64,000 bases of DNA from Raja brachyura (GCA_963514005.1 OY740785.1:108066001-108130000), one strand, 5' to 3'. Shown: positions 51,090 through 62,909, counted from the first letter of the stretch. Made by a program: numbers and translations. Notes: generated from the letters alone by a model not told the origin.

Positions 51090-52740
51090 GTTGGTCGCTG
51101 AATCATAGATGGTGATGAGTCAACATGCAGGAGTGAAATAGAACAGATGGTTGAATGGGGACACAACCACAACTTCTCGCTCATTGTCACCGAGACCAAG
51201 AAACTAATCATTGACTTCAGAAAGGGGAAGTCAGGAGGGCATGCGACAGTTTACGGCAGTGGGTCAGTGGCGAAGGGAGTTAGCAGCTTCAAGTTCTTGG
51301 ACATCAGGGTGGTGGGTGTATGGAACAGAATCATGAGAAGAATAAATTGGGTAGACATGCTGAGTCTCTTGCCCAGAATTAGGCAATCAAGAACCAGAAG
51401 ACTTAGGTTTAAGGTGAGGTGCGGTAACTTTTTACACAGAAAGGGTGGTGTGAAAAATGATTTTCTCATCTCGGTCCTAAAAGACTTCCCCCTTATCCTT
51501 AAACAGAGACCCCTTGTCCCGATGTTGGGGAAGTCCAGGACAAGGGGTCACTGTTTAAGGATAAGGGGGAAGTCTTTTAGGACCGAGATGAGAAAATCAT
51601 TTTTCACACAGAGAGTGGTGAATCTGTGGAATTCTCTGCCACAGAAGGTAGTTGAGGCCAGTTCATTGGCTATATTTAAGAGGGAGTTAGAGGTGGCCCT
51701 TGGGGCTAATGGGATCAGGGGGTATGGAGAGAGGGCAGGTATGGGATACTGAGTTGGATGATCAGCCATGATCATGTTGAATGGCGGTGCAGGCTCGAAG
51801 GGCTGAATGGCCTACTCCTGCACCTATTTTCTATGTTTCTATGTCTATGAACGAGCTGTTGGAGGAGGTAGTTGATGCAGTGACTATCCCAATATTTAAG
51901 AAACAGACAGGTACATGAATAGCACAGCTTTGGAGGGATATGGACCAAACGCGGGCAGGTGGGACTGGTGTAGCTGGGACATGTTGGCCGGTGTGGGCAA
52001 GTTGGGCCGGCGTGGGCAAGTTGGGCCCAAGGTCCTCTTTCCACGGCGTCACGCTGTATCATTCTATGTCTCTATGACTCTATCAACAACTCGGATAACT
52101 TGTCCAGGGCAGCACATAGATGTTACCATGAAGATGTTTAAAAAGTTTTAGTATGTTTCCGAATACACTAACAAACCTTTACAGATGTATTGTGGAAAGT
52201 ATCCTGACTGGTTCCATCATGGCCTGGTACAGCAATTCCAACACAGGAATTCAAGAGGCTGCAGAGAGTGGTGGCTTCAGCCTGGCCCATCATAAGCACA
52301 GACTCTCACACCATGCAAACCATCTGTGTGACATGCTTCCTCAATGAGGTGGTACCCATCCTCAAGGATCACCATCACCCAATTCATACCCTCTGCTCAC
52401 CGCTACCATCGAGCAGGAGGCACAGAAGCCTGAAGTCCCACACCACTTGGTTCCAACTTTTCTGCAACTATTAGGCTCTTGAAACAACTCACACAATGCT
52501 AATCCTATCTCGAAGTGTAACACTGCAGTCAACACGTGACAATAATAAACCTGAACCATTCAATTTTCTTTTTTAAATATGATTTTGCATTTCCTTTGTT
52601 TTTTCGTTGTCTTTCTTTCAGAAACTTTATGTGAACTTATGTAGAATTTAACATGTGTTTGTCAATGTGCCTGTGATGCTGCTGCAAGCAATATTTTTCA
52701 TTTTACCTCTACCTTACTGTACTCGACTTAACTAGACTTA
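51090..52740 (+). mobile_element. Nested Rex1 remnant / CR1 / CR1 cluster
   Basis: ETKKLIIDFRK..SFKFL (Rex1) interrupted at ~51305-52080 by a CR1 3' end, itself interrupted at ~51448-51848 by a CR1 with 5' fold-back; Rex1 resumes LYRCIVESILT. Confidence 0.75.
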
Positions 52741-53939
52741 TCACCTGCATATTAAGCAAGCATAAACCTCTCCTGCTCATAAACAGGTCCAGGTTAGTAA
52801 GGGCAACCTTAATGGGCATGTGAGTGCAATTAATGGTTGCATGCACGTGGGAAGCCAGCAACGACACATGTTCTCACTAAAATCAAAATAGACAAAATAA
52901 TTTCTCGACAAATGCAATGCCTGGTAACCTCTGTGTTGCAGTAATGAGCAGCAAATTGATTTGCCAAAGTGCATTGCCCCCTATAATGTGTGAGCCCAGA
53001 CCAATATCTCCGTTGGCAAAAATTTCACCAGAAATTATCTCCACTATGAATAAAGTCGAAATAGATGACGCAGCACGAAAGCACGATTGGTTTCTTGGCA
53101 GAGGGGCTTAAAAATGTTCAAAACTGCTTGTTCTTCATCCTGCACTTTTCAAACGTCAAGTTTTAAAGGAAAATCTGGTCCTTTAAAGTGTTATCAGATA
53201 ATCACCAAACTATTAAGCAAAATATATGTGGTGTTTTGAACTTTGCAAATTTAACAGATGTGGTCCTCGTTGTATTATGAATCAAACTTCAATCCAGCCA
53301 CTTATTTTGTCAGGAAGTCTGGGCAATCATATGCACAGAATAAAAATCTCCTTTGGGGGAAATGAGCTGCAGTTATCTATTGAGACTTCTAACAACATCA
53401 CTTGTTTTACTTAGCATCTGAAAATGAACTAATAGTGTTGCATATTTCTTGATCTGCCACTCATGCCTTAAGAATTAGTGGGACCACCTGAGTTTGTTTT
53501 TTAAGCATAACTAAAATTAATCTCTCCCGACAATTTTCCCACTGGGATACTTGAGAATAATGATTTCCCTTTTAGACTGCCCTCCCTGTCTACTGGAGAA
53601 ACCACTCTTCTCCAACATAGCGGATAAGATGGAAGATAAAATTCTGGCTGAGGATTAACAGGGAGTCAGGGATCCATCTGCTCATTCTGACTGAAGCATG
53701 ATTGCCCAATTACTGAAGCATAAGTATCTTGGCTAGTGCCTTCTCATTGAAAACCAGGTATATTAGCTGCTTATCTCTATCATCAGTGAAAGTTATAAAC
53801 ACAACCAAATTAAATCACAGAAACATGTGTTTGGAGTGGTTACAAAGCAATAGTTTACCATCAACCAGTAGTTTGAAGAAGAAAATGTTGAAGTTATTAA
53901 CAGAAAGGAGATGGGGAGGAGAGTAAAAGATGAGAGGAA

Positions 53940-54545
53940 GTTTAGTTTAGGGATACAATATGGAAATAGCCATTCGGCCCTCCCACTATGATCATCCGTA
54001 GACTAGCTCTATGGTATTGCACTTTTGCATCCTACACATTAAAGATAATTTACAGAAGCCAACCGATCTACAAACCTGCAGGTCTTTAAAATATGGGGGT
54101 GGGGGGGGGGGGGGGGAAACAGAATCATCCAGAGAAAACCGACGCGGTCACAGCAAGAGCATACAAATTCCGCACAGACAGCACCTGCAGTCAGGATCAT
54201 ATCCGGGTTTCTGGCGCTGTGAGGCAGCAGCTCGACCGCTGCGCTACTGTGCGCAGATGGAACAAAAGTGATAAGCATGGATATTTAGTTTACCGAGTCC
54301 GCACCGACCAGTAATCCCCACACATTAACACTATCCTACACGAGAGAACATTTTTACATTAATACCAAGCCAATTAACCTACAAACCGTGCACATCTTTG
54401 GAGTGGGGAAGCAAACTGAAGTTCTCGGAAACACCCACGCAGGGCACAGGAAGAACATACAAACTCCGTACAGACAAGCACCCGTAGCCAGAATCGAACC
54501 TGGGTCTCTGGCGCTGTAAGGCAGCAACTCTACCGCTTGCGCCTG
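53940..54545 (-). mobile_element. Two tandem HE1-like tRNA SINEs
   Basis: Reverse complements read gcggtagagttgctgccttacagcgccagagacccaggttcgattc (tRNA A/B box-like). Confidence 0.8.
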
Positions 54546-56479
54546 CCAGCCGCACACATATTTTGTGGAGCTGTGACTGTGAGGTTTGGGCAAGTCACCC
54601 ATATCACAATGATTCAACTATATTTTATTGTCAAATGTACCTAGGTGCAGTGCAATGCTTTATTTTGCATACAATCCAGTGAAATCATATAGCAGATCTC
54701 ACCTAGGCAGTACGGTAAAGATAGCGGAGTCAGGGGATATGGGGAGAAGGCAGGAACGGGGTGCTGATTGGGGATGATCAGCCATGATCACATTTAATGG
54801 TGGTGCTGGCTCGAAGGGCCGAATGGCCTACTCCTGCACCTATTGTCTACTGTACGCGAGTGTTGCCATGTTCTGTGGCGCCGACAAAGTTGCCAAAGTT
54901 CACCGTTCAGAGCTATAACTCCCTGTCTCCCTGTTGGCAGCAGGCCTACCCCACCCTTCCCTGCCGGGTCCCCCTTCGTTCTCGGTGGTCTGCCCCCTGC
55001 TGGGTCCCCCATCACCACATGACTACCACTGTTTCTGAGACTGCATTTCTCTCTAGTGGTCTACCTACAATTGTTTCATGCTCATAGTCTCTTTCTTCTC
55101 CTGCTTTTCTGCAGCAGTCATTCAACAAGAGGAAAAATGTGGACATTCAGTTTGCACATGGACTAACCTGGGCATGGATAAAACATTGGAGCTTGACTCG
55201 CACATTCAGTGTTTGCCGCACCATTGAAACATATTTTTTACCTTGAGGAGACATCCAGGTGCTGGATCTTGCACAATCAGAAAGACCCTGAGCAATACAG
55301 GGACTACTAGCAGTTAAACCAGCTTCAGCAGCTGGCTACGACACACTCACCGATTAGATTGGTTGTGAAAGAATTTAAACGCCTTGTAGCAATATCCACA
55401 TTTGGTAAATGAATTAAATGTTCTACTTCCAAAGCAATATTTAAAAATATTGTTAATAGTCATGTCCATCAAGTTACAGGATACCTCATCACACCCGCAT
55501 GGTGTTCAAACAACTTATTGGCCAGGTCAATACTTTCATTTCAAATCCATGAACTGAAAGTTATGAGGAACTTTCTCAAATAAAAATCCACATAAATAAC
55601 AGTCATTGCTGTTCCCCTGTGCACTACCTTTAGATACCCCTTCAAATCAAATTTGCCAGATGTAACACACCCACTACAAATCCGTGCAGGTGCTGCTTTA
55701 GGCCCAGATTATTCCATGCACGTATTTCTGCAGGAATCAGTGACAGATGTCATATTAGCAAAGACATTATTACACGCATGCAGCTAACATCGACCACAAG
55801 TATTCAGAGTGGGCAGAACACGTTGTTAATCAGCGGACAATACTGATTTGATGCAGTCAATGAACCTTACACAGCTGAACACCAGCGGAGTAGTCAGGAC
55901 AATATCATGTCAGCTCAATTCTTTAGGTATTGGCCAAGTTCTCTTGGTCGTAATCACAACCTGCACAAATGATAGGTGCGTACAACAGTGCAGTCGAGTT
56001 GCAAAATCTAACATGCAGTGAGAGCAGAACTGAACTGCTGCACATTTCCAACACGCGGATTTTGAACCATTCACTGGAACATAAATGGGCATTCACTTGA
56101 ATTACAGAATGATTGAGCTCAGGCCTCGCTGGGTGGGACAAGTTGCTGGATAACAAGATGTCAACTTAGCAGAAATAAAAGGCATCAGAAAGTAAATATT
56201 TTAAATCACATCTATAAATTAAACTCGACATTTAAAACAAATATTCATATGAATTCTTACTCCTTGCCTTCCACGTATGTGATTTTGTCTGTTCAATGCA
56301 TGTATGAAATGCTACTCCATGCTGTAGCCAATGCAGTGTGGTATTCAAATTTGATTTTAGGTTAGCATTACCAGTCATTACTAGATTTCATTACTAGTTT
56401 AGCATAAATTTGTTAATTTTTAATTCAATACTACTGGAAGTAAACACTAGTTCTCGGTTTATTTTTGAGGAAGTGGCCA

Positions 56480-57075
56480 TCAGTCAGAGTATTGAGTATG
56501 GAAGTTGGGAGGTCATGTTGTAATTATGTTGGTGAGATTGCATTTAGAATATTGTGTTCAGTCTGGGCACCATGTTATAGGAAAGATATTGTCAAGCTTG
56601 AAAGGGTTCAGAAAAGATTTACGAGAATGTTGCCAGGACTGGAGGGTGTGAGCTATAAGGAGAGGTTGAGTAGGCTGGGTCTCTATTCCACGGAGCATAG
56701 GAAGATGAGGGGTGATCTTATAGAGGTGGTACAAAATCATCACAGGAATAGATGGGTAGATGTACGGTCTCTTGCCCAGAGTCGGGGAATCGAGGACCAG
56801 AGGATAAGGGGAAAGGGGAAATGATTTAATAGGAATCCGAGTGGTAACGTTTTCTCGCAATGGGTGGTGGGTGTATGGAACAAACTGCCAGAGGAAGTAG
56901 TTGAGGCTGGGACTATCCCATCGTTTAAGAAACAATTAGACAGGTACATGGATAGGACAGGTTTGGAGGGATAAGGACCATACGCAGGCAAGTGGGACTA
57001 GTGCAGCTGGGACATTGGTGGTCGGTGTGGGCAAGTTGGGCCGAAGGGCCTGTTTCCACACTATCACTCTATGAC
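56480..57075 (+). mobile_element. CR1 3' fragment
   Basis: WAPCYRKDIVKLERVQKRFTRMLPGL, CR1 3' UTR. Confidence 0.88.
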
Positions 57076-57357
57076 TAAGTACCATAACATATTTTATATC
57101 TACCGAAGGAGGCAGATGGGGCTCTGTTTAGCTTCTTAACTGAAGGATTACAGTGCTGCATGAAAGTAGCAGCCAACTGTATGTATTTAATGGGCTTGAG
57201 ACCACTGACTTCTTATAAAAGGTGCAAGTTCTACTGGTGAAAATGTGAAGTTCTTTTATTCTTTTTAAACCTCAATCTAAAACATTAGTAGAAATAAAAC
57301 ATACTCACAGGTGACACAGATTGGAGACAAAACTAGCTTCATGCTTTGGTCACAATG

Positions 57358-57628
57358 TAGTTTAGTTTAGTGATACAGCGTAGAAAAAGCCTTTTGCCCC
57401 ACTGAGTTCACACCGACCAGCAATCCCTGCATACTAGCACAATCCTACACACACTAAAGATAACATAATTTTCCCGCAGCCAATTAACCTACAAACCTGT
57501 ACCTCTTTGTATTATGGGAGGAAACTGGAGCACCCTGAGAAAACCCACAGGTCACAAGGAGAACATACAAACCTTGGTCTCTGGTGCTGTGAGGCAGCAA
57601 CTCTATCGCTGTGCCAACATGCCATCCT
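57358..57628 (-). mobile_element. HE1-like tRNA SINE
   Basis: (TTTAG)n tail and tRNA-like head in antisense. Confidence 0.75.
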
Positions 57629-57679
57629 AAATCTTTAACTATGCAATTTGGAAGCATATTTGATTTATTTCTATCAGGA

Positions 57680-58083
57680 CTGAGGACATAATATACCGAT
57701 TAAAAACTTCTCCCGCCCGAGATGCGGGGTTGAAAATTACCTGCAGCGGGGGCCTTACATGGACCGACGCGGCTTTAATGGCCGTGGGACTTGCTAGTGC
57801 CCGCCGGGGGCTCTAACATCAAGACCTGGAGCGCGGCCTTGCATCGAATAGCCGCGGGACTTATTTACCATCGCCCGACAGTGCCTTTGACTCTGACATC
57901 GGGAGGAGAATTGGGAGTGCAGGGGAGAGATAAGACTCTGCCTTCCATCACAGTGATGAGGATGTGTGTGTAAATTGTGTTGTGTCTTGGTTCTTTTCTT
58001 GTTTGTATCACTGCAGAAACTAAATTTCGTTTGAACCTCAATGAGGTTCAAATGACAATAAACGGTATTGTATTGTATTGTAT
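57680..58083 (+). mobile_element. CpG-rich retroposon with ATGACAATAAA-(TATTG)n tail
   Basis: tttcgtttgaacctcaatgaggttcaaatgacaataaa hairpin-plus-tail and (TATTG)n as in the Rex1 at 13500. Confidence 0.6.
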
Positions 58084-58214
58084 TAAAAGGCAATTTGTAT
58101 TTCACAGTCTATTCTTTTTGAACAATTCCTATGGATGAGGAAGAGCCTGTTTTCAAATTCCAACAAATGGAATAAAATTGCAATAAGTTTGGGTTTCCAC
58201 CAGTTAGAACTCAC

Positions 58215-58349
58215 CGTTAGAACTGACAGCAAGTCCTCCACATGGCAATCTGCATTCATTTTCTTCTTGAACATGCTCACTGTCGGGTGTTTCAGATAAT
58301 AGTAAGAGGCTATCCGGCCTAAATCCAGTGACTGGAGGCTACGATTGTC
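58215..58349 (-). CDS. ASCC3: ASCC3 internal coding exon (DNRSLQSLDLGRIASYYYLKHPTVSMFKKKMNADCHVEDLLSVLT)
   Basis: GRIASYYYLKH motif of Ski2-like/Brr2-type helicases; acceptor cttgcag|GAC, donor ACG|GTGAGT; 135 nt, phase 0/0. Confidence 0.96.
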
Positions 58350-58973
58350 CTGCAAGATAATTGTGAGTTAATAGAAAAATAAATTAAAATGTAAAAGTAC
58401 TTTATATTTTTCTGAATTTTAGACCATAAGATGTACTATCAAAATTAGGCCATTTAGTCCACTGAGACTACTCAGCCATTCAATCACGGCTGATCTATCA
58501 TTTCCTCTCAACCCCATTCTCCTGCCTTCTCCCTGTAACCTTTGATGCATATTTTCTGAATTTTGCTGTTAAATTTTACAGTAAGTGCATTTGCCCGCAT
58601 TAGGAGAGTATCCTTCTGTGCCTTGCCTATGTAGGAGTCCATCTGAATATCTGTTTAACATAGTAATGGTTATCTCATTCCACCGCCTATTCGTGTTCCA
58701 GATATCAGCCACTCTCTGTGTAAAAGAGAAAGTTAGCATGCAGGTATAACAAGTAGAACGCTGACTTGTATTGAAAGGACGATGGAGTACTAAATTAGGG
58801 AAGTCTTGTCACAACAAAGGGCGGGGTGGGAGATTGCAACCTTCACGTGGTCCGGCTTGTTTCAACGAATACAATCAACTTGGCGTGCACAATCAAATAA
58901 GATCAAATAGGACAAATTGTCCTACAACTTTAGGCTGTGCACGCCATACGCAAGAAGAAGAAGACAACAAAGA

Positions 58974-59640
58974 GCGGCACGGTGACGCAGCGGTAGAGTT
59001 GCTGCTTTACAACACTCGGGGTTCGATCACCACTACGGGTGCTGTCGGTACGGAGTTTGCACGTTCTCCGCATGACCGGGTGGGTTTTATCCAAGATCGG
59101 TTTCCTCCCACACTCCAAAGACGTACAGGAGTGAGCAACACCGCAAGTTGGAGGAACAGCACCTCATATTCCACTTGGGGAGTCTGCATCCTCTGGGCTT
59201 AAACATTGAATTTTCTCAATTCTGTTAACCCAGACTGCCTCCTCTCCCTCCCCACCTCTCCCTCAGCCCTCGGGCCCTGACATTCCTTCTCCATCTTCCC
59301 CCCCCCCCCACCCAAGTCGCACTAGCTTCTCATTTTCACACTACAAACAGCTTACAATGGCCTGTTTCCTTTATCATCAATAATTTTTTGCATATCTTTC
59401 ATTCATTGTTCTTTATCTCTCCACATCACTGTCTATATCTCTCGTTTCCCTGATCCCTGACCAGTCTGAAGAAGTGTCTCGACCCGAAATGTCGCCTATC
59501 TCCTTCGCTCCTTAGATGCTGCTGCACCCGCTGAGTTTCTCCAGATTTTTGTGTAACCACAGGTTTGTAAGCTCTTGGGCTTGATATAGGTGTAAATTGT
59601 CCCCAGCATGGGTAGGATAGTGTTAGTGTGCGATAGTGCT
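58974..59640 (+). mobile_element. HE1-like tRNA SINE interrupted by a Penelope insertion
   Basis: gcggcacggtgacgcagcggtagagttgc..ggttcgatc head; body resumes at 59559. Confidence 0.8.
59130..59558 (+). mobile_element. Young Penelope-like element 3' end with hammerhead core (59466-59493), 5-bp TSD
   Basis: Near-identical to 42668-43085 (reverse complement); QHRKLEEQHLIFHLGSLHPLGLNIEFSQFC*; ACAGG at 59125-59129 and 59559-59563. Confidence 0.9.
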
Positions 59641-60199
59641 AAACTGCACAGGATGATGATGATGTGACCATACCCGCAGTTTCAATCTTTTATTTTGAAA
59701 GAGATATTCTTGCATTCAATTTTAAGCATATTTGTTGTTGTTTCCCAATTTGCAAAAATTGCATGATGAGGAAGGATTGAGCAGTTGTAAATACGGAAAA
59801 ATAAGGGGGATCTTGTTGAATAGAATAAAATGCCTTTTATTGTCATTCAAACAGCTTGGTTTGAATGAAATTGCATTTCGACAGTCTTGTACAGTACAGA
59901 AACATACAATTCTAGAGGGGCTTAACAAGACATAAATGTTTCCCTTAAGGGGAGCTCATCCCAGGGCACCAAAGCCGCAACCCTCAACCTCCTTCCTCCC
60001 CCTCTTTCCTCTACTGAGCCAGGCGTTGTTTATCTTCCGTGGCTGTGAACTGGTCACTTTTCCACAGGCGGATTCTGACTAATCAGCGTGATAAGATGGC
60101 AATCCTTTATTTCAGATACCCCAGACCGAGGGTAGAGCAGTGGCGCAGCTGGTGGAGCTGCAGCCCCACAGAGCTAGTGATCCAGGTTTGACCCTGACC

Positions 60200-60507
60200 T
60201 TTAGCTTAGAAATACAGCTTGGAAACAAGCCTTATGGGCCGCTGAGTTCACAGCAACCATCGATCCCCCCTTCTACGTTATCACACTTTATCATCCACTC
60301 CTTAACACACTAAGGGCAATTTACAGAGGCCAAGCAACCTACAAACCTGCACGTCTTGGGAATGTGGGGGCACCTGGAGGAAACCCACGTGGTCACAGGG
60401 AGTACGTACAAACTCCACACAGACAGCACCTGAGGTGAAGATTGAAACTGGATCTCTGACGCTGTGAGACAGCAAGCAGCTCCACTTGCTGCGCCACGGT
60501 GCCGCCC
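60200..60507 (-). mobile_element. HE1-like tRNA SINE
   Basis: Reverse complement begins gggcggcaccgtggcgcagcaagtggagctg..ccagtttcaatc. Confidence 0.8.
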
Positions 60508-60673
60508 TTTTATACAAGGAAAATTCCTCGTCTGAACGTAGGAACTTTTCATTTACAACTGTCCTAAATGGCCCACATTTCCAACCAAAGCTCTGCCTAT
60601 AGACAATGAAATGAAGATGAAAACGTAATCATATTATGGCACAAGAAGAGCAATTGTGCATAGTGAGCCTTAC

Positions 60674-60785
60674 CTCCCCCACTGATATGCAATAGGAACA
60701 TTCCAGTTCTGCAAGAGACTTCTCCACGAGGTTGGACAGATATTTGTTCATGTTTTCATGGTTAATATCATCCAAGTTATAATAA
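60674..60785 (-). CDS. ASCC3: ASCC3 internal coding exon ((S)YYNLDDINHENMNKYLSNLVEKSLAELECSYCISVGE)
   Basis: Resembles ASCC3 NPSYYNL..LSxLVEKSLxELExSYCIxxGE; acceptor tttctcacag|T, donor GAG|GTAAG; 112 nt (phase 2/0), joins the DNRS exon in frame. Confidence 0.94.
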
Positions 60786-61344
60786 CTGTGAGAAAGCAGA
60801 CAGTAGAAAAGCATTAGAAATCTAAATGGACAGCTATGCTCCACTGGGTTCACAAATCAGCACTTTCAAGGCATTTTCTTGGAAAATTGTATTCATCCTC
60901 TTCTCATGACATTCCATAGTACTTACGATGCTGATATTAATTATTACAAGTGCGAACAAAAAACAAACAAAACATTATTCCAAAAGCACCATTATCATTA
61001 TCTCAAAGGATTCGCTGGCAACAATCCAAGAGCAGTTTCAAATGGCAAAATTATGACCTTTTATCTTGAGCTAACAATCTGTTCTGATTTTGCCTTTGAG
61101 CTAGCTTTAGGGTTTGCCTTTGGAGTATTACAAGAGAAAAGATGCTAGATTGCTACTGGGAATTCATTTGGAAAGTCTGAGTGTAAGAAATTTCTCTACT
61201 CCAGATTGAGTTTATTTACAACCGTACAGCCCACTATTTTTTTGGAATCACACAAAGGAATTACCAAAGCCCTGTATCCAGACAGGACAGGAATAGATTT
61301 TCCAATAAAAATCAGTAGAAAACCACAGGAGAACATCAATTGGA

Positions 61345-61875
61345 CAGGAAATACATTCTTGCCATAGAAGGAGTACAGAGAAGGTTCACCAGACTGATTC
61401 CTGGGATGGCAGGACCTCCATATGAAGAAAGACTGGATAGACTCAGCTTGTACTCGCTGGAATTTAGGAGATTGAGGGGGGATCTTATAGAGACTTACAA
61501 ATTTCTTAAGGGGTTGGACAGGCTAGATGCAGGAAGATTGTTCCCGATGTTGGGGAACTCCAGAACAAGGGGTCACAGTTTAAGGATAAGGGGGAAGTCT
61601 TTTAGGACCAAGATGAGAAGATCATTTTTCACACAGAGAATGGTGAGTCTGTGGAATTCTCTGCCACACAAGGTAGTTGAGGCCAGTTCATTGGCCATAT
61701 TTAAGAGGGAGTTAGATGTGGCCCTTGTGGCTAAAGGGATCAGGGGGTATGGAGAGAAGGCAGGTACAGGATACTGAGTTGGATGATCAGCCATGATCAT
61801 ATTGAATGGCGGCGCAGGCTCGAAGGGCCAAATGGTCTACTCCTGCACCCATTTTCTATGATTCTATGATTCTAT
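61345..61875 (+). mobile_element. CR1 3' fragment
   Basis: ILAIEGVQRRFTRLIPGM..GYGEKAGTGY; (TTCTATGA)n tail. Confidence 0.92.
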
Positions 61876-61888
61876 AATTGCAATTTAG

Positions 61889-62826
61889 AGGGTGGCACAG
61901 TGGCACAGCGGTAGAGTTGTTGCCTTGCATATCCAGAGACCCAGGATTGATCCTTAATATGGGTGGTGCTGGCTGTACAGAGTTTGTACAGTATGTTTTC
62001 CCTGTGGAATGTGTGAATTTTCTCCGACTTCTTTGGTTTCCTTCCGCATTCCAAAGACATACGGGTTTGTAGGTTAATTGGCTTCGGTAAAAAATGTAAA
62101 TTATCCCCAGTGTGTGGGGGTAGTGCTAATGTACGAGGATCACTGGTCGGTGTGGACTTGGTAGTTGTACAGGTAGTTGTACCAGTTGTACAGGGTTTTG
62201 GTGAGGCCACACCTGGAGTACTGCATACAGTTTTGGTCTCCAAATCTGAGGAAAGACATCCTTGCCATAGAGGGGGTACAGAGAAGATTCACCAGACTGA
62301 TTCCTGGGATGTCAGGACTTTCATATGAGGAAAGATTGGATAGACTCGGTTTGTACTCGATGGAATTTAGAAGATTGAGGGGGGATCTTATAGAAACCTA
62401 CGAAATTCTTAAGGGGTTGGACAAGCTAGATGCTGGAAGATTGTTCCCGATGTTGGGGGAGTCCAGAACAAGGGGTCACAGTCTAAGGATAAGGGGGAAT
62501 TCCTTTAGGACCGAAATGAGGAAAACATTCTTTACACAGAGAGTGGTGAGTGTCTGGAATTCTCTGCCACAGAAGGTAGTTGAGGCCAGTTCATTGGCTA
62601 TATTTAAGAGGGCGTTAGATGTGGCACTTGTGGCTAAAGGGATCAGGGGGTATGGAGAGAAGGCAGGTACGGGATACTGAGTTGGATGATCAGCCATGAT
62701 CACATTGAATGGCGGTGCAGGCTCGAAGGGCCGAATGGCCTACTCCTGCACCTATTTTCTATGTTTCTATGTTTCTATGTAGGCTGAAGGGCTTGTTTCC
62801 GCACTCTATCTTTAAACTAAACTAAA
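61889..62826 (+). mobile_element. HE1-like SINE interrupted by a young CR1 (about 62165-62778)
   Basis: gggtggcacagtggcacagcggtagag head; SINE end resumes gctgaagggcttgtttcc..taaactaaactaaac; GTAG at both junctions. Confidence 0.85.
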
Positions 62827-62909
62827 CGAAATAATTGTTACAAAGTAAAAATGAGCTTTCTGTATACTCACTCGCATTTAACAATTGCTTTCTTTGGAAA
62901 AGCTCATAG

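Noticed and set aside
24201-58214. Additional ASCC3 exons or a nested gene in the 34-kb intron
   Set aside because: Flanking exons already join in frame and match contiguous ASCC3 sequence; no other ORF resembles a host protein
58974-59045. tRNA gene
   Set aside because: tRNA-like head continues into a multi-copy SINE body; no complete cloverleaf
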